A stretch of DNA of 64,000 bases from Fimbriosthenelais zetlandica. Taxonomy: Eukaryota. The position numbers and the translations under genes are program-made. Positions within the stretch are counted from its first letter, which is position 1; each line of letters starts with the position of its first letter. Shown piece by piece: positions 26,954 to 41,378 of the stretch. A model generated the notes under the pieces. That model had not been told where the DNA came from. It made no database searches and was given only the letters and a program-made list of their open reading frames with translations. The DNA is taken from positions 10,354,001 to 10,418,000 of the forward strand of contig OZ365115.1 in NCBI GenBank assembly GCA_977030845.1, read 5' to 3'.

Positions 26954-29900
26954 CTGTAATTTATTGTCTTATTGATTAACGGATGCTGCATACCATGTAT
27001 CATGGGAGTAAAGGTCCTTGATATTACTCAAGTTTGACCTTTAGAGTACAGTGCATGAGCTCTACCTTTTCTTGTATCTGGAAAACAAGAATATAGGGCT
27101 GGTTATATGTTTCTTTCAACATCATAGCACTACTGGAGTTAACATTTCAGCTTTTAGGCATCAATCTAAGTGAAATTTGGCTTCAAATTGAAATGCCAGC
27201 CTTGCATGACGAAAGCTATGTTCTGCAGTGAGCATATGACTTAATGCCTTTCAATGTGAACATCAGGCATGTATAACCATTTATATGAGTACCAATGGCT
27301 AAGTATGGAGCAGCAACTGTCCCAAAGAGGGTTTCAGGACCGGGTTGTCCATCGAGGATTGCCCATTGAGGAGGACGCATGTCAGAACATATGTACCAAT
27401 CCATTGATCAATCTATAATCAATGATCCCTCAGGGCACACCACCATGCACAGGCCCTCTCATGCTGGCTCGGGACGGTCCGCTCTTGCGCTGATTCAGCT
27501 GGACTTTCACACTAACATTATGGAAACTATTACTATACAGAAGAGAGGGTGAATTCTTCGAAACATTCTTGATTGACAATATAAAATATTATATATATTG
27601 ATGATTTCCTAAATGGATATTCCCCTCAACCTCCTAAATTGGCCTGCTAAGTTGAATTACTTGAATTACAAGAATCCAATTCGTGACACAATCCACTCTA
27701 AATCCAAGCATTTAACTTTGAAAAAATAGTAACCCACAGTCGTTCAAGGTGGGAAATCAATTATTACATTATAAGAAAGCAATTGAGGTCATTTCAGATT
27801 ATGTTTCCCTTTCTTGTTAAAGTATACCGGTGTCAGGAATATATATAAGTCCACATTGACTGACCAGTGGTCTGTTTCTCGATCATGATAGACTGTGTGA
27901 TGAATGATAAGTGAGATGACTTCTGACTGGGGCTTACTGTTTCCCACCATTGGTCTGGATACTCTGTAAATCCACTGCTTAAAATGGATGATTGATGATA
28001 CGCTGAATGGCTATACGGTCCATTCATCAGTTTGTTACTATTCTAAAGTCCTGTCAATGGATTAGCTCGACTAAATTATATTTACCTTTCTTAGACTTTC
28101 TCAAAGAGTTCGAAGAGTTACATGCATTGCCCATGAGGTGCTTGTGGCTTACCTAAAGAATTACTACCTAAACTCTTACATAGAGAGGTTGGAAAGTATT
28201 CCAAAGAAACCCCTTTCACTTTTCAAAAGCAAAATATATATATATGAACGTAACATTAATACTATTTTACCATAAGGCAATATAAAGCCTCATATGAACC
28301 AGGCTACGCCGACTGATAAATAATAAATTAATTGGGAAATTCTTAAAACGATGATTGAATACTTCTAAGGACCGTGGAAATCTTATTAGACTCGAGATTT
28401 CAGAACTTTCATTTTCGTAATCTGGTAGAAGTCTCAATACCGTCTAATGCCAATCAGAGCTGCTCATTCAGTGCTGAGCCAGAGCAGAAAATGTTCAACT
28501 CATCTGCCCCTCCCTCCCCCAGGCAGAGCATGATGTTAGCTATCAGCCCGACTAGTTGGGGGAAGTTCCACAATGAGCCTATTAGATACTAACCTCCACT
28601 ACTCCCTCTATGGCCAAACTAGGGGAATGTAGCAGCAGTCAGGTGAAGCCTATAACAGCTCTAATAGGTCAACGTTGATTGCCTACTTAGGGTTTTATTT
28701 ATTTTCCCCCAAAGCTATAGATGTGCCTCAGGCCAACTCCTCTACTTCCCAACCTAATGCTCTAACTGTCGTCATGAGTTAGGATTAGTTTGATTCTCTT
28801 TTCTGATGTCCCGAGTAAATTTACTTGATTTAATAATCGCTTTTATCCGGTTCAAAGAAATGTTTTGAAATCTATTGTGAGATAATCAATCAAGTGCACA
28901 ATAATTCACAATTTTAAATCGATTGCCTCTTATATCACAAACTGCCTGTCATGAACTGTTTTATCCATTTCAATTCAATTACAGATAACCTATGCTCAGA
29001 CATGGATCAACAACCTTTTGACCGTTATATTAAATATTCAAACTTATGTTGTTTTCATCCAATTACTATATGAATGTGTGATCCATTCACTCATGAATTC
29101 GTCCATAGGTTCTGTGGGATTGGCCGTGTGGTATATTTGAGCAGTCGTTTTCCATCTTGATACCAACATTGGATTTGACTTGAGGAGGAAATGCTTGGTG
29201 AGCAGCGCTGAGGCAATCAGTCTGGAATATTCCAGTCCATGGTTTCATTCCTTCGTCATTGCTGTTCCCAGTAATGTGAATCTCCCCCGGGAAAGGCTGC
29301 TCTAAAGAGTCGGCCTGACATACAGAATAACGAACCTGAACAAATGAAGGATAACCAAATGAAAAACATTCCTCACAATGTTGTTCACTCAAGCTGGAAT
29401 ATCAATCACTGGACTTCCCTTGTGTGATTACATGGCAAAGATCTTCCGGTAGTGACGTGTAAACCGAGCAGAAGCCAATTCACCATTGCAATGACGTCAC
29501 AACGTCTCGAGGTAAATTTCTCCAGAAATGTCCGGACAGGCGACATCTGGGGGGGGGGAGGCGTATGTGATGATAGGCTTGTAGATTTCCCAGGGTAATG
29601 ACGTTAACAAATGAGGTGAACAAATGAGGGCTGGCCAGGAAATGGTGGTGGTCATAAGAACGGTCATGATTAGACAGATATATGTGATATCCTCCAGGGG
29701 TCGTTGCTAGTTCCCCCATTATCGCCCGGCTTGGTGTAATATGACTGGGGAGGAGGAGTTTATGGAGAGTGATTAATTATGATGGTCGTCAGGAGGGAAC
29801 AGTCTGCAGGGAATTTATGAAATTCTTCTGTTCTACTGGGAGAATAGACTGGCTTGTTATTTGGGTAAATATTAATGTGTACATCCCAAAAGACGCCAAG

Positions 29901-32749
29901 TATCTCATGATGATATCTTACCATTCTATTTTAAGTCATTAAATCTTCCTTCCTGGAGTTGAAATTGCTACTTTCATGAAGTAAAGAAAGAAATTTACGA
30001 CAAAAATAAATGACCTCCACTTACTACCTTATATAGCTTTATAAAATGTTGCAAACCTAGCCTAACTGATTCAGACCTGAAATAAGATAACCATATCGTT
30101 ACCTGGGCGGTGGACCTGCAAGATGATCGACCGGCTTATTTATCACGCTTCGTTTAGCCCTACACCTGATCTGCCCTCTAGTGCTCACCCCACACACTAC
30201 CTCCTCCGATTGTCACATCACCATGGTGACAGAGTAGGGTATTTTTAAAGCTCAGGGTTCCCCTAGGTTAATGGTCACCTATTGCAGTTTGCCCACATTA
30301 CGTGACAGGGCCGGTGCTGTGGAACTACACCCAGGCTCTCCCAGGCCCTGGCCGGCCATTACCATCCTCCTGTTAGAGCACCTCCAATAGCGCCTCACAC
30401 AGCTAGGCACTCATACATTTACTCAATAACCTGCGCCTCAATTATGCACATTCCCAGGCCCTGGATAACCATACAGATCTTGATTCAAGGATTTTGGATC
30501 TTACTACTATATATGCCTGGACTGTCTTAGCCTGATATGGCCAGTGGGAGATGCTATCATCTGTGGTCATCAATCCAGGAAATCTCCCTTGATCATGGCA
30601 TTAAACACAGGCCAACGACTCCATAAAGAAGTCCACTAAATGAAGGCAATTCAAGCTGAGGCTGACAAGCCTATGTCAATTACAAGTCTTTTATAAAGCT
30701 CTAGAGCCATATTTCTGCAGCAGGGCGTAAGCTCTGCGTCTAGCCTTATGTCGAGTGTCTGCAACAGTATTTTTCATTAGACATACATGTATGAATAGCT
30801 GTCATCTTTATCAACTGCTGCCAAGTTTAATACCAGCAACCAGCCACAAGGACATGACCAAACCACTTCACTATGCCTCAACCAAAGCCTCTGAAATGTG
30901 GTCCGCAATTTGTAGCTAATATAAACAATTCTGTCAGGCGGCGGTGTTCAGCGATCATGGCGCTTCGTGTTACGGCATGTCTCCTGCAGTATAATCCACC
31001 GCAGTGCCTGATTAATGGTGACACTTTATTTGTGTTTTATTTTTTTATCCTCACAATATGACAGATATTGGCGTCTGCGGTACCCTAATCTTATTTACTT
31101 GTTGCTTTTCCACAGGGGATGTTAATCTGGGTGGTTATGCTATCCGTCTATGTCAGCGTGTTCATGGAGACCAGCTATTATACGATTATCTATGGTATAT
31201 ATGATATATATAAGTCCAGATATAGAACAATCACTGAAATTACTCAAAACTAAGACTTCAGCACTAATTCTGTCATTTTACAGCGTTGAAATCCCCTCTT
31301 TTCAAAGCTCAAACACATTGTTCAAATACATTGATACACCCACGCTGATTTAATCAGGTGAATAGCTGTTTAATCAGGTAATTAAATCATGGCAACAAAA
31401 GCGCTAGGCTAACATCATTTTACTTTAATTAAGCAAAAGAAGTCATTCTAAACACTGTCCACCTTATGGTTACCTTATTGTTCCTGTATTTAATGAGAGT
31501 CTAGTCTAGAAGCATTACAGCAACCAGGCCCTGATTCTACAGTCACTATATTGTACAGCTCTCTGTAAGTACTACACATCTTAATGGCCATCCCAACTAC
31601 TTTTGCAGTTGTGGGTAAGTACATTACTAAGCTCTTCGTACAAAAATCTAAATTCGTGTGAATTTAGTCTGTGTGAGCAGCTAGAAGTGAAGTAAGCTCT
31701 TTAAGCCATTTCCTGTAGGCGTGAGAGTGAGTGGTCCAGCAGTTGTCTCTAGTACTTATCACGGAGCGGACGTTTAATGGATGAGTAGAGTCAGGCGCGA
31801 CAAAGACGCACTGCCACCAAGTTCTTTCTCAATCTTTGAATTGCTCGATTGAGAACAAAATGTTCAGTGACATCATCAATCTTCTATTGTGCATTGTTTT
31901 TAGGCGTGGTATCACTGTTGCTACAGAGAGTAGCATAGTTAAAAAATCAGTCTGAAATGATCTGAGGAATATACATTAAATGGCATAAGTATTCCCAAGT
32001 ATTCCCTACCCTCATTAACATCCCTCGATATTATGTATCTCTAGAGCATATTATGCGCAGGGATTATAATATGAGTATACATGCATGAAGCCTGTAGTCA
32101 TATATATATATAAAGTTATACAATATTATAGTTATTTATGGTCTAAACTCGGAGGGGAATGAATACATTCATTTGATAAGCCACCCTTGATAAATATACA
32201 CGTTAATTAACCCAATACAGATTATACATTATACATTACCCGCAGAACATCATGATATGGGTGCATATACAAGTTTTGCTTCTTGCTAATGATCTATGGA
32301 GGCATGGCATCTTGTCTACCAATCTTAGTCTCACAAAGAATCTCTTTAATCAACTATCAGTAACCACGGCTCATTAACAAATGCTTCGTTGAATCTCTTC
32401 GTGGAATTAAAGGAGACAGTGTCTTTTTAATCCCTATTTGGTCGATTTAAAACTGCAGCCAAGATGAATACATTGCTATTATTAAATTTTAGGGACCGAA
32501 TGGAACTTAAAAATATATCAATTTTTGTACAGTAGCATCCCCGCCCCCCCCCCCCCCCCCCGACACACACCCCCCTTCCAATGATAATAATCCTGATGCC
32601 TCCAGCACTTTGCGATTTGAATATCAAGGCCTTTGACGTTTTCTATTTTCATGTTTGAGAGCAAAACAAAGAAACTCGCATCACTGTTGTCAGAATACCA
32701 CATGGCTTAAGGGAATATTCACTAGAGCCAGTAATAATATTGGACAAAA

Positions 32750-32900
32750 TTTGCTCGCGACACCGGAAGTCTTGTCAATCTAGACAACCAACGACTGTTT
32801 TTACTTTTTTATTTGAATCTCAAAGCGACACTATATCTGGTGTTGTGGTTATGTGCGCATGTGTTGGCTAGATCATGCAGTCACTTCCGGGTATTTAAAT
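32750..32900. promoter_or_regulatory. Promoter-like ETS/NRF1 cluster
   Basis: CTCGCGACACCGGAAGT 32754-32770; GTGCGCATG near 32853; CACTTCCGGG near 32882. Could be transposon-borne. Confidence 0.3.
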
Positions 32901-35900
32901 ATCTCGTCGTCAAGGAACTGTTAAATGGATATTAAGGCCTTGACAGCAGATAACACACTGATTAAAGTTGGTAAATGCAAGATCTATAAGGGTTATTTAG
33001 ACCTAGAGGAAGTTCAAATTTGTGATTATCCTATGTCTTTAATATCTTTAATATTTAATTAAATTTACCTCGGAAAATCGACTTCTGCGAATTACAACAT
33101 GGTATGAACAAAGTATAATCTAAAGTATTTTTAATATACTTTCAACTATGTATGGATCAGAACATTTACCCCAGTAAATACCTGAAGATCGAATTTGGGA
33201 AAAAGGCAGTAATTAAGAGGATTTCTTCAAAACAGGTCTAATGGACGGACCTCTTCTCAGTTTGCCTAATCAGTCCCTAGTCATGCCACGACGTCCTGCC
33301 CTGCATGAACACCAGTACTAAGACTAAGTGTTGTCCTTTATTTCTTTTAAAGCGGCAGAGGTAATTTTATCATTGGAAGCAAACAAACAGGTAATGCTGA
33401 GAGTTTAGCCGCCTACTTTTTACAGCTAATGGTTGTTTTCGGAGTTAACTGCTCTCGAGCCTGCAGTCATGAGGGAACTGAGTTAGTTGCGTAGAAGTCA
33501 CTGGACTGAGAATAAAAGGAAGTGAACCATGAACTTTGTAGCAGTGTGTTTGGCAGTGGGGAAATGTTTTAACATGGTTGGACACGTGGATGGTTGGTGT
33601 TTGTGATAGTTGGGGCTGTTTTGATGAGGCTTTTATTTCACCATCAGTTATTTTGTTGATGCCATGAAGAAGTTTTCCCACTAAAAGTGGGAAATCCAAA
33701 ATCCATCATAGCTCACTATTATATTTTATTTCCAACTATGTATTGCTCAGAGAGTGTTATAAAATGGTTCAGTAGTCCTATATTACCCTTGTACATATAT
33801 ATTATTTACAGGATAGGTCTCATAAAGAATTGTCCATGAACGCTCTCTCTCATCAGGTATTCCAGAACAGTTGATCAAGTACAAAGCTACACTGGGAAGC
33901 TTGATGGGGGGACAGAGGAAACCTAACATTTCTAATTCCTTTGGCTTAACTGAAGAAGCCTTTGGGCGCGGGGTGTTTCAGCTAGTGATAAATTGCTTAA
34001 CTGCCTTGCTTCTTTCCCAGAGAGAACGAAAGGGACTTTAAAAGATGGTAAAAGGACTCTGATTTTCAAAGAGCAAGGCTTTTACTTTATGTACCAAATG
34101 GACTTACAACAATAAGAAAGTTTTATATGGTCAGCCTCTGAGATTCTTTAAGTTTCAAGACGTAAAGTTTAAAACCAAATGTCTTAAAACCTACATGTAT
34201 GATGACATCAAAAGTGTTAACCTCATCCCTGACGAATTATTTACTTTTCAATTCACTCAATTGCATTATATCAATTATTTGCCTTTTTATCTGAATAGAT
34301 CATGTAAAATTTAAAATGTGGAAATAAGTTCCTCTTTTTTGGTATATAGGGTGTAAATATCATAATTTTGACTATTATCCATAATATGTGTTATTTGTAA
34401 GCCACATTTCATGCGGGCAGGAAATGCGATATGATTATATCGGCACATAAATTTTAACAGTCCAACACCCATTATGGGTTGCTATGTTTGTATTACACAT
34501 CGTCCATCGAAGATCCATAATATTATTTTTCCCAGTCCCTAACGTTATTACTGTCATTTATATCGAAGCCACTTATGGGTTTAGCCTCACACTGGACGCT
34601 GAAATGCTACTCAACCTAATCATTTATTTCATTGGTCACATAGAGTCCCTCATTTATGTACAGACATACATGCACAGTATACTTATTATATATTATGGCA
34701 TGCAAATGTAATCGGAAGGTGGTACTACATGGCACAACATAAGTTATATGCCTAATAATTAATGGGACATGCACATGCATCAACGAGTCGATGCACATGC
34801 ATCCCATGTTCTGTTACTTTATTCATCCATCCAGCTTCAGACCATAAAACTGCCATGTTATCAATAATTATTAAATTACATTTTATTTTGATGCAGGGTT
34901 TTAGGGAACCTCGCTGAAATAATTTCCCGTCCATTAGCAAATGTTTTTTTCTGTCCAAAGAATCTTTTAGGCAAATTCAACATACGTCGTTCTCCGAAAG
35001 GCAATTTTGATAAAAGGCAATTGACCGAAAAGGGACAGTGAGGACAGGACTGTCTCCTGCATGGTTTGAAAAAAAACTGTTGTTTATTTATGAACAAATC
35101 ACTGGCAATTGTTTCTTTACCTGGCAGCGATCCATGACATTTAGGACAGGTTTTTTAAACTTCTCTCACTCAACTGCTGCCAGCTGGGGATATTTGTAAA
35201 CCCCCAGACATTTTGGCTCGTGTAACATATACAGAACCTGTTAAAAGATGCACAGAAACAGTGATGATATATTTTGGCATTGAGAGTTAAAACGCATTTG
35301 ACTGTGCAATGGAGAAGATTGGGATTTATAAAGCGTTCTTAAATGAAGTTTAGAGATTTTAAGGCAAGATGGCTCTTGTTTTAACCCTATATTTAGGCAG
35401 TTTCAGTTTTATACCGCTATCGTAAATCCCTAAAACTCACAGGTTTATTGTATAGTATTGAAATATTTTTGTCAGGTGAGGCAATGTGAATGGAATGCCT
35501 GGAGACATATATAAAATGGAGGCAAGCAAGCAGGACCTGTCCCCCTGCAAGCTGCCAACTACACATGGCAATAAAGACGAGTCACCACGTGCGTTGAAGA
35601 ACAAATCCTGATTGCCTGGTTTTTGATGGGAAAATGTCACATCTGATCGTGGCATTCAAATGATACCTGTCACTAGCAGAAGTCTCCTATATCTCACACG
35701 AGAGGTGTAGAGACTGAAGCCAGTATATATAGAGTAATAATGGTGAATGTATATGGGATCTTATTAAATATTGAAGCCGTAAACTTCTACATACCTTGAT
35801 GTACTGCCTTTCAGGAATTGTTGAAAAGCTGATGCCAGTACTTCGTCTTGTTCCCCGTTAAGAAGTGAGCAAATATCTTAATGGTATCCGGTTGGGATAG

Positions 35901-36789
35901 ACTGAATATTGAATAATATAATCCACAATAAAGGTAACACAACCTGTACAATAGGTTCACATAGGAAATCAAAGGCCTATAGTTATTAAGGTGCTTCCAC
36001 AAAACACACAGGGTGGGCTCAGATAGTCAATCACAATTTGAGATTATCAAGTTTGTAATCTCGTTTCACAAGTTAAAAATTTCGTTTATGTCAGACACCA
36101 AATACTAAATAATGAGTATATCCACTGTATGGTGTCTATGATCCAGTAAGTTGTAATCTTCTGATTGGTCCAACTTCTTTCACCAACTTTAGTCAAGTTT
36201 AAAGTTTCCTTTTAGGTTCTATCCTTTTCATCATCAAATTGGAATTTCATCAGGCAAGGTGTACAAATCTCCATAAGTGAATGCATCAGCAGTATGAGGC
36301 ATAAAACAAAGTTATTACCTATATACTACATGTCACTAAGACTCTCCTTTTATGTACATTCGAATGTCATCCATTATCTGGCCTCATGCACTCTCGACGA
36401 GTGTTAAATATCTACTGACTTAAAAATCTACTGAAATGTATATAATAATAAATACAGCTCCTACAGGTTGTGTGGTACTGCGGTAATATTCTATCAAAGT
36501 TGTCGTTGCAAGCAAAAACTACAAATAATTGCAACAATTGCAAGCAAGGAGAGGCATAATTATGACAGTGCTTCTTCAGAGAGAAATAATAATCTTCTGC
36601 TGTTCTATTGTCTGTGTATGAGTTGAGTCTCCGGTAATTGTAGTACTATTGTCTTTGGATGGATGAAGAGGAACCTTGTGTAGTTTTGGAACTCCCAATC
36701 CCCAGCCCAGCCCAGCTCTCGATGGAGTGTGGATTGCATCTACTGGTTAGCTCCGGGTGGTGCTACATCCCTGCCACCTACGGGCGATA

Positions 36790-37420
36790 TTACGAACCAC
36801 TCCAAGGCACAGTTGGAGGGGTTGGGATGACTGTGGACACGGCACATGGGAGTATGAACTCCGAAAACAAAGACAGGGGCCCTTCTTTATAGAAACAATC
36901 CTTACGGTATATTAACCTAGAGGATTCCCTTAGGTTATTTGTCGCAACAGAAAATGGCAGAGTTTCAAAGCTTAAAATAATATCCAAGGTTCAGAAACCC
37001 ATTCGAGAGTGCAATGTTTCAGAAGGCAATTGATCAAGCAACAAAATGGGTTTGACGAGACATAATCGAATCCCAGTCAATGATATAATTGCCAGGTTTC
37101 ACCTTTGCCCCCTTCAGATTAAAAACGTCTTTCCAAGTCCAAAAAAGGATGTCAATAAGACACTGTCCTGTGGCAGACAATAAAAAGGCATCTGAGCGAT
37201 AATAGGCAATCAAACAAGGTCAAAGCCCACTCCTTTGTGGAACCCAAGATGTGTGTAGAACGTCACTGAAAGTTGCGTGCGTTAGCAGAGATTCCACCAG
37301 CCATGCAATCTCCCTATCACTACCAAGGTGTGACCAGATTATTTTGACGCTTAGACAATTTATTTCGATCCCGGCAAAATCCAAGTATCATGAAATAATG
37401 GGCGTGGATCTGAAAAGTCA
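36790..37420 (-). mobile_element. Decayed DIRS/Ngaro-like retrotransposon pol (RT C-terminus/RNase H) remnant
   Basis: Interrupted frames read YLDFAGIEINCLSVKI (cf. DIRS L-E-F-L-G-I-E-I-D), ...DILFWTWKDVFN...KPGNYIIDWDSIMS (cf. DL.WW...L..FNG...P...I.TDAS), then SFETLPFSVA and GPLSLFSEFILPCA. Motifs are in the expected order but with stops and frameshifts; matched by eye only. Confidence 0.35.
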
Positions 37421-37984
37421 AATCTTTGGTACTTTGGCCTGAAGGTTTTGCCGAAATAAAACTAGGAGTATGTCTCGTTAAGATGGGATTGATCTTGATA
37501 TGGTCTCCATGTTGACAGAGCACAAAAATTTCTAACTTGCGAAATCCTCTCTTCAGATGGAGGTTCTTGTCCTAGGGGTAGATCTATAATCAATAAGGGT
37601 GTGTTAGCGTAAAGACTTGTTATGGTCTTGGGAGTCAAGTGAAATTATTTGCCTGTTCTCTGCAAGGAGACTGTGGTACTAATCTTGAACATCAGTCTAC
37701 CTATTCAATCTTCAAACGGAATCGATAAAATAATCAACCCATATAACTCAATCGATATGGGACCCCTCAACAAAGAAAAACAATTTGTGTTCGATTCAAG
37801 AAATTGAATGATTCTGATGGGAACGCAAGGCTCTTCCTTAATTGAATAAAATCGTTCTTTCATTGAATTACTTTTTATAATGGTTTGCAGATCACGATCC
37901 AGTCCTCTTTTCTTTTTTTATTTCTTCTAGTCTTTTCCTCTCTTGTTGCCGATTTCACCTGTTTCTTCGATTGACCGCTAGGTG

Positions 37985-38150
37985 GCCTCCGGGATGACGG
38001 GATTACTTCTAATGGCCGCGGGATGACTTCCGGTAATCGTCACGTGACCCAATCTCAGGTCAGGCACAGTCACGTGCTCCGGAAGCCGTGGGTGCCGTTG
38101 GCAGTGAGCATGCGTTGGATTGATCTTGTGTTTCTATGGCAACAAGATTT
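37985..38150. promoter_or_regulatory. Promoter-like cluster with CLEAR/USF E-boxes, ETS, CCAAT and RFX X-box
   Basis: ACTTCCGG near 38026; GTCACGTGAC 38039-38048; CCAAT near 38049; GTCACGTG 38069-38076; CCGGAAG 38079; GTTTCTATGGCAAC 38130-38143; locally CpG-rich. Confidence 0.55.
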
Positions 38151-41100
38151 CTCGTCATCAGCAATATTCTGCAAACCTCAATAAGCAATATTCATGGGTC
38201 GGTGCGATATCTGAAAAAGACACCAAATTGGATATCAGAACCATGAAATTTTCACTGCGATTTGAGTTAACTCTGGTTCTAATTAAATGAGTCATATAAT
38301 TGTATTTAAGACTTTTGCCTTCCCTATAAGAAAATGCTAAAATGAATTTACACTGTTTTCCCTGGCGTGATATCTATGTTTTCAATTAATGAATTGAATA
38401 TTATAAAGTAACTATCCTCGTCTGCTACTTCTGTGGTCACATATGGATCTTTTGACATGTGTGTTTCATGTCTATCGAGATTATCACAAAGTTGCTTTTT
38501 CTTAGCCCACTGCTTCAGCTCAAACGTCACGCAACCGTTTTCTAACACTCCGATTATAGGGGATTTAGCCTTTAGTATGTTCGGGCTTGTCGTGACTTTC
38601 GCCTTCCCGTTGAGGCGACAAAACATCTCCCTCCTCTGCTTGCATTATTTAATTTACTCCATTCAACCGTGTACCTCTGGGGATAGATCAGGCGATGATT
38701 TCTAGTCATCGAGGGCCAGTGGCTGATTTAGTTGTGTAAAGTTTATTTAAGCATTTCTAACTAGATGAATTCCCTGATTGGTGGCTAGAGCTCAGTGTTT
38801 TATGCTCCTGCCTCAATATATGACCTACGTGCATGTCCCTGCACTGATTGGTGGCAGTTTTGAAGGGAGATCACAGTCAATAGACTGCCACATTAATGTC
38901 TGAGAGGCCTGACTCTACTGACGAGACAGGGACCAATAAAACAACTTATCTCTGACGGCATGAGAAAGTCATTGGTGGCCTCATCCGTGCCTCGTTTGGT
39001 TGAGCGCACTTTCTGTTGGAGGTCAGCTACCTTGGGTGGAGCGCAAGGCAACCTAGGTGGAACAGCAAGGCCACTTGAAACCAAGCATGCCACATTGCCT
39101 CTGCCCAGCCTCCCCGCCCACGACCTCCATGTGGCCTTGGTTTGCTTCACTTAAGCCGAAACATCCTCCTTAAGACCTCGGAATCATATTACATTTTGTC
39201 TTTAAATTCTTTGCATATTCATTCAGAATATCTGATGCATTCGTTGGTAGGAATAGGCCGCCATTGCAAATATACTTTTCGGCATACTTTTCGGCAGACT
39301 CCAAGTCTGATTCACTGATCCAAACCACATGCCTGCAGACAAAAAGTGCATGCTAGCCAAACTGGAAAATCCTGTTCACGGCCTCAACCATAACAATCCT
39401 GAGAAATTTCAGACATGAATGGACATGCAATACATGGGAAAATCCATAAAGACAGGCCTGGAGGATAGTGTGAAAGCGACCAATCCAGAGCTAATCCTGC
39501 CCATTGACTAGTGTCAGAGGTCACAGACACGTGATTAGTCCGTGAGATCTCGTCATCATTCCATGCAGACAAAAATTGTCATTGCTATAATGCAGGAAAA
39601 TATGCATCCATCACATATGGGCAGTGATAGGAGGGCTGCTATATGGGAGCTAGGGATAAACGTAATTAGCAATGATTTGTCCTTTGAGCTCTCTTGTAAA
39701 TATATTATCAGGCGTGGCGCTTTGAATGATATCAGAGCCATTGTTTTACCGTATATAGCCTAAATATAGGGCAAGATGGTTGGCAAATGTTGCTTTCACG
39801 ACAATGACACATGATTTAGGTAGGAACTGACGTGTAATAGGGACTCCCTTTATGATAGGTTACGTTGATGAGTATAATGCATCTTGCGGCATGTTTCATA
39901 ATCTATTGTCATGTTATCTATTATGGAATGGGTAGACTTCATAATAGCTGGGACCCACAGCACACTACCGTCACTGGCTTGCTAGCTGGTCATTACCTTG
40001 ATGGATCTAAACTAGTTATCTCAACATTCATCTGATGATACGGTGCCAGAACCTCTCAGTGAAATGATTTCTACAAATCAACTCGGTGTATGTACTTGGT
40101 TTAATGACCGTGTCTAAGCGGACACTGCATGCATGTAGTGATTTGTCGACGCAGTGGTTGAGTCATTCTGCGTGCATGGGGCCTGGAACCAGTGGCCTTT
40201 CATACCTATGTTGATTTGAGTATGCTCGAATAATGTAGTACATGGAAATGAGTAACTTACCCAGGCCGTGACCTTCAGGCCTGTAAGTAGTAGTACTAAA
40301 GTGGACTTTGTTGTGGGTATAGTTTTAATTACAAAACCAGGGCAAATGTTTATACAGTGTACGTGATCAGTTGTGTGCATGCATAGTCAATTGAATCCTC
40401 GGACATTGCTGAACGTGCTTTCATTCGTATTCACCGTATTATGAGGCCCTGGATGCAACTGGTGGATGGATGCTGCTTGCCATGAGTAACTCACCGCGGT
40501 CAGAGTTGCTCAGTGGCAGGGAAAACAAGCAAGGTTCATACCTAGAGGCGCTGCTCCCTGCTATATAATTGCTTCGTCTCACATACGGTCCCTGCTGAAG
40601 GCATCCAGTGACTAATAGTATAGACCGGCGTGATACAAACAGGTCTGAATTGCTTCCCAAATACCCCCGTTCTTAATACCCCCAAATACCCACACTTCCT
40701 TTACCTCGGGTTCTCACTACCAATGCCTGGTACTACCAATGCCTGGTTTCCTCCTCCAATCCTCCCCCTTGTCTGGTAAGCCTTTAACAATGTTTTCCTC
40801 AGCTCTCCTTTCCTCCTCATTTTACTGTTTTGCTGTTCATAGCTCTGCTGTTCATTTCTTCATAATGAACTTTCCCCCTTCTCTGCATTGTTTGAGCCTT
40901 ATTTTCCCTTATCTACATCTCTCCCCAGATAACTCTTTTTCTCTCCACTCCCCTTCCTGTCTTATCTCCCTCTTCCCCCCTTTTTATACAGCTATACCCC
41001 TTTTCTTCCCTCGCCCGCCCCTCTATACCTAGATTCTATTTTTACATACCACTTCCCTCTTGTCTCCTCTTTTTCCGTCGTCTTACATCATTTAATTTTT

Positions 41101-41316
41101 TGTTTATAACAATTTTTCCTTCTCCTCCCCTACTCATCTCCTTCCCCCTGCACCATCTTTTCCCATAGATCTATGCATTGCACCAACATAGTTCCGCCCT
41201 ATGCGCCACTCTCTCCCTTCCTCTCTTTCCTACTCCTGCCACATCCTTGTCTACTCAGCACTCACCATCTCCCCCCACACACGCCCTCAGGTGTAGGGGG
41301 AGTGGAGGAGACGGGG

Positions 41317-41378
41317 GAGGAGGAGAGGAGGAGAGGGGGGACTGGGAGAGGAGGAGAGGAGGAGAGGGGGGACTGGGA
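41317..41378 (+). repeat. Perfect 31-bp tandem duplication, nearly all purine
   Basis: GAGGAGGAGAGGAGGAGAGGGGGGACTGGGA x2. Confidence 0.9.

Noticed and set aside
32408-32420. Kolobok-like TTAAAGGAGACA end
   Set aside because: No matching opposite terminus found nearby.
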